Under the pieces are notes generated by a model. That model was not told where the DNA came from. It saw nothing but the letters and a program-made list of their open reading frames with translations, and did no database searches. From Gemmatimonadaceae bacterium (GTDB lineage Bacteria > Gemmatimonadota > Gemmatimonadetes > Gemmatimonadales > Gemmatimonadaceae), in contig JBBDYC010000012.1 of assembly GCA_040901985.1 (NCBI GenBank), forward strand, positions 1 through 56,445: a stretch of 56,445 nucleotides of DNA. The letters run 5' to 3'. Positions 53,140 through 56,445 of the stretch are shown here, piece after piece; the stretch's first letter is position 1, and every line of letters begins with the position of its first letter. A program made the position numbers and the translations under genes.

Positions 53140-53955
53140 GTGATGCGACGGGTGGACCTCGCCGCCGACGGCACCGCGGCGTCGGACACTTTCCGCACCG
53201 GCTTTCCGAGTGTGGACCGGTGGCTCGGCGGCGGCATTCGCCGCGGCGACTTGGTGGTGCTCGGTGGCGATGTCGGGAGCGGCAAGTCGGCGCTCTCGCT
53301 GGCGATGGCGCTGCGGATGGCGCAGGACGGGACGGCGGTCGCCTTCCTCACCGGCGAGATGACCGCCGAGCGGGTGATGGAGCGGGCGTTGGCGGTGGAA
53401 GGACGGGCCCGGGTGGACGAACTCCGCCTGGGCAAGCTGGACGATCTCTCGCGGGCGAGCGTGGGCGCGGCAGCGGTGCGGCTGCGCGACCAGGCGCCGC
53501 GCGTGGAACCCCTGCCGCCGGACCCTGTCGCGGGGCTTGGCGCGCGAGTGCGCGAACTCGGCGTCCAGGTCGTGATCGTGGATCCGCTGCAGGCGCTGGC
53601 CGGGGGACCCGGGGCGCAGGAAGAGTCGCTCGCCGCCGCGGTGCGGACGTTGAAGGGCATCGCGCTCGACAACGACGTCGCAGTGCTGGTGACCTCGCAT
53701 CTGCCGGGCTGGGAGCGCGCGCGCGCGGACCCGCGCCCCACGCTGGAGGACTTTGGGGCACTCGGCGCCGTCAAGCAGTTCGCCGACGTGGTGCTGGCGA
53801 TCTACCGGGAGGAAATGTACGCCCCGGGGTATGGGGTGGAAGGCGCCACCGAGTTGCTCGTGCGCAAGAATCGCAACGGCACCACTGGCTACGTGGACCT
53901 GTATTTCTACAAGCAGTGGCTCCGGTTCGAAGACATGCTCGATCCCGACCGATAG
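53140..53955 (+). CDS. DnaB-like helicase C-terminal domain protein (no N-terminal domain)
   Basis: TGFPSVDRWLGG, GGDVGSGKS, FLTGEM, IVDPLQ, RPTLEDF..LGAVKQFADVVL.IYR, VRKNRNG. Confidence 0.88.
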   Translation: MMRRVDLAADGTAASDTFRTGFPSVDRWLGGGIRRGDLVVLGGDVGSGKSALSLAMALRMAQDGTAVAFLTGEMTAERVMERALAVEGRARVDELRLGKLDDLSRASVGAAAVRLRDQAPRVEPLPPDPVAGLGARVRELGVQVVIVDPLQALAGGPGAQEESLAAAVRTLKGIALDNDVAVLVTSHLPGWERARADPRPTLEDFGALGAVKQFADVVLAIYREEMYAPGYGVEGATELLVRKNRNGTTGYVDLYFYKQWLRFEDMLDPDR

Positions 53956-53963
53956 GAGTGGTG

Positions 53964-55304
53964 ATGCGACCCGTCCGTCCGCTCTTGGCCTTCGCCTTGC
54001 TCGCGCTCGCCGCCCCGGCGCTGAACGCGCAGCGCGGGGACCCGGTCGCGCGACTGGAGGCGGCGCGCGAGGCCAACCCGGCAAACGTTGCGGCGCTGCG
54101 AGCGCTCGGCGTCGCCTACTACAAGGCCGACCGGTACCGCGACGCGCACGCGGTGCTCGACCAGGCGCGCCAGCTCAATCCGGCCGACGGGGTCAGCGCC
54201 CTCTATGCCGGGCTCAGCGCGGAAGCGGTGGACGACTACGATGGCGCGCGCGCCGCCTACAGTGGCTACCTCGAGTTCGGGAAGTCGCGCCGGGTGCGCA
54301 ACGCGGTCCGCGACCGCCTTGTCGCGCTGGCGCGCCTCGAGATTGTTGCCGCCGCCAAGGCGGCGGTCGCCAACGAGGCCACGCTCTCGCAGACGCCGGG
54401 CTCGCCGCAGACGATTGCGGTGCCGCCGCTCCACTTCTCCGGCGCCGACCAGTCCCTCGCGCCGCTCGAGCGCGGGCTGGCCGAGCTCATCATCACCGAC
54501 CTCGGCCGCTCGGCGCAGCTGACGCTCGTCGAGCGCGACCGGATGCAGGCGTTGGCCGACGAGATTCAACTCTCGTCGAGCGACCTGGTCGAGGCGGGCT
54601 CCGCCGCGCGCGCCGGACGGCTGCTGCAGGCCGGACGCCTCGTCACCGGTGCGATCATCCAGTCGGGCTCGCAGCTCACGCTGAGTTCCAACATCGTGGA
54701 TGTCGCGACCTCCGAGCTCTCGACGCCGGCGGCGGTGACCAACGACCTCGACGCGCTCTTTGCGCTCCAGAAGCAACTCGTCTTCCGGATTTTTGACCAG
54801 CTTGGCGTGACGCTCACGCCCGCCGAGCGGCAGCTGGTGGACCGCCATGCGACGACGAACATGGACGCCTTCCTCGCCTACAGCCGGGGACTGGCGGCCG
54901 CCGACGACGGCCGGTTCGAGGACGCGACGCGCTTCTTCGACGAGGCGCGCGCGCATGACCCGGGCTTCGGCGCGGCGGCGGCGCAGTTCCAGGCCGCGCA
55001 GGCTGCTCTGCAGGGCACCTTGGTGACGTCGGCGTCCCTCGAGTCGGGACTCCAGGGCACCACGGAGGGCGCGCAGATCGAGGCCGCCTCGAGGGGCGAG
55101 CTCGCCGCGACCGATGGCGTCAACAACACCGTCACCAGGGTCGCGCAGGATGTGAATCCGCCCTCGGTGACGCCGGTGGCGAATACCGACGCCCGGCCCA
55201 ATGCCCCGGCGCCGCCGGTCCGGGATGCGACCAGCAGCACCGGAGGCACGGACGAACCAACCCCGCGTACCGGCTCCGTGACTGTCATCATCCGCCGCCC
55301 GTAG
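53964..55304 (+). CDS. secreted TPR protein with CsgG/TolB-N-like domain
   Basis: Signal peptide, TPR (ALGVAYYKADRY), TIAVPPL...GLAELIITDL...LTLVER...AGRLLQAGRLVTG; AGGAG RBS. Confidence 0.75.
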   Translation: MRPVRPLLAFALLALAAPALNAQRGDPVARLEAAREANPANVAALRALGVAYYKADRYRDAHAVLDQARQLNPADGVSALYAGLSAEAVDDYDGARAAYSGYLEFGKSRRVRNAVRDRLVALARLEIVAAAKAAVANEATLSQTPGSPQTIAVPPLHFSGADQSLAPLERGLAELIITDLGRSAQLTLVERDRMQALADEIQLSSSDLVEAGSAARAGRLLQAGRLVTGAIIQSGSQLTLSSNIVDVATSELSTPAAVTNDLDALFALQKQLVFRIFDQLGVTLTPAERQLVDRHATTNMDAFLAYSRGLAAADDGRFEDATRFFDEARAHDPGFGAAAAQFQAAQAALQGTLVTSASLESGLQGTTEGAQIEAASRGELAATDGVNNTVTRVAQDVNPPSVTPVANTDARPNAPAPPVRDATSSTGGTDEPTPRTGSVTVIIRRP

Positions 55305-55320
55305 GCGAGAGATCCGACCG

Positions 55321-56403
55321 ATGCGATGCCCCCTCGCCGTCACCGCGCTCCTTGCCGCGCTCTCGCCCGCCGCCGGCGCGCAGGGAATCCGGGACGCTGC
55401 CGTCATCACTTCGCCCACGTTCACCCAGTACACCTTTGGCAGCGGCGTCGGCGAACGGACAATCTCCCAGTTCTCGCTGCCCGTCGTGCTGGTCGTCCCC
55501 TTCGGCGAACGCATCTCGGTGGACATCTCGACGGCCTTTGCCAACTCCGAGGCCCGCGTCGGCGACTCGACGACGAGTTCAATCAGCGGCCTCACCGACA
55601 CGCAGATCCGCGCGAACTTCAGCGTCGGCGAGCAGGCCCTGGTGTTCACCGTCGGCGTGAACCTCCCGACCGGCCAATACCGCGTCCCCGAGTCGCAGCA
55701 GGAGGCAGCCGGGCAGATCGGCAACGACTTCCTGAACTATCCGATCTCGTCAATGGGGAATGGATTGGCCGGCACTGGCGGCGTGGCCTACGCGCGGCCG
55801 GCCGGCGACTGGAACCTCGGCTTCGGCGCGAGTGTGCGGAAGTCGGCGGAGTTCACGGCGTTCGAGGTGGCCTCGACCGAGTTCCGCTTCACCCCCGCCG
55901 ACGAGTACCGCGGTCGCCTGAGCGCGGACCGGCCGGTCGGCGACGGGCAGGTCTCGCTCGGACTGACCTACTCGATGTTCGGCGAGGATCTCGCGGACAA
56001 CACCACCTACAGCACCGGCGACCGCATCATCGCCAGCGGCGGCTGGAGCTTTCCCTTCCGAGGCACCGACGTCTTCCTCTCGGCGTGGAACCTCTACCGC
56101 CTGGCGGGCGAGAGACTCGGCAGCGACGCGCCGCCGGAGAACGTCTTCAACGTCAGCGCTGCGGTAAGCATTCCGTTGGGCGAAATGTTGCTGCAGCCGA
56201 GCACCGAGGTCCGCCTCTGGCAGGCGGATGGCGCCCGGGCCGGGAACCTGATCAATCTCGGGGCGCGACTGCGCATCGGGGCGGGCGGCTTCGCGCTCTA
56301 CCCGCAGGCCGGCTTTACCATCGGCACGCTCTACTCGACCGCGGACGGCAGCGCGACCGACGTCAGCGGGCTCCGGGCGAGCCTGACGGTCCGCTACAAC
56401 TGA
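55321..56403 (+). CDS. putative outer-membrane beta-barrel protein
   Basis: Signal peptide, amphipathic beta strands, SGLTDTQIR..VNLPTG motif, C-terminal LTVRYN. Confidence 0.65.
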   Translation: MRCPLAVTALLAALSPAAGAQGIRDAAVITSPTFTQYTFGSGVGERTISQFSLPVVLVVPFGERISVDISTAFANSEARVGDSTTSSISGLTDTQIRANFSVGEQALVFTVGVNLPTGQYRVPESQQEAAGQIGNDFLNYPISSMGNGLAGTGGVAYARPAGDWNLGFGASVRKSAEFTAFEVASTEFRFTPADEYRGRLSADRPVGDGQVSLGLTYSMFGEDLADNTTYSTGDRIIASGGWSFPFRGTDVFLSAWNLYRLAGERLGSDAPPENVFNVSAAVSIPLGEMLLQPSTEVRLWQADGARAGNLINLGARLRIGAGGFALYPQAGFTIGTLYSTADGSATDVSGLRASLTVRYN

Positions 56404-56445
56404 GCGGGCGGCGCAAGGCGCGGGGGGCGGTCGCCGGAAGCGACC

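Overview
This is a high-GC bacterial chromosome segment; gene content and protein style suggest Gemmatimonadota (inference, not a database result). Bases 1-166 hold tRNA-Arg(ACG, partial) and tRNA-Pro(CGG). A ~9.4-kb element is integrated in tRNA-Pro, bounded by a perfect 50-bp direct repeat (121-170 / 9559-9608). It encodes a P4-type tyrosine integrase, a serine recombinase, a GNAT toxin-antitoxin pair, three Xis/AlpA-like HTH proteins and a phage-type replication initiator with internal phased repeats. No capsid, terminase, tail, conjugation or CI-type repressor gene is recognisable, so it looks like a phage satellite or minimal integrative element, possibly controlled by a structured leader RNA and terminator. 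The rest is mostly core genome: tRNA-Arg(CCG), rho, ruvX, mltG, an RlmI-like methyltransferase, a CDF transporter, tdh-kbl, a NYN protein, an NtrY/NtrX-like pair, an HNH protein, ilvE, an amidohydrolase, PBP1A, tyrS, prfC, a DksA/TraR protein, and LpxL-like and MsbA-like proteins. The unusual items there are two tandem TldD/TldE pairs whose TldD subunits carry twin-arginine signals and Asp in place of the Cys metal ligand, a sigma-region-2/FecR fusion, an unannotated 19-aa Lys/Ala microprotein, a solitary formate dehydrogenase missing one Fe-S site and carrying a repeat-flanked insertion, a DnaB C-terminal-only protein, and a recurrent leaderless-promoter signature. All calls come from reading the sequence by eye; no searches were run.
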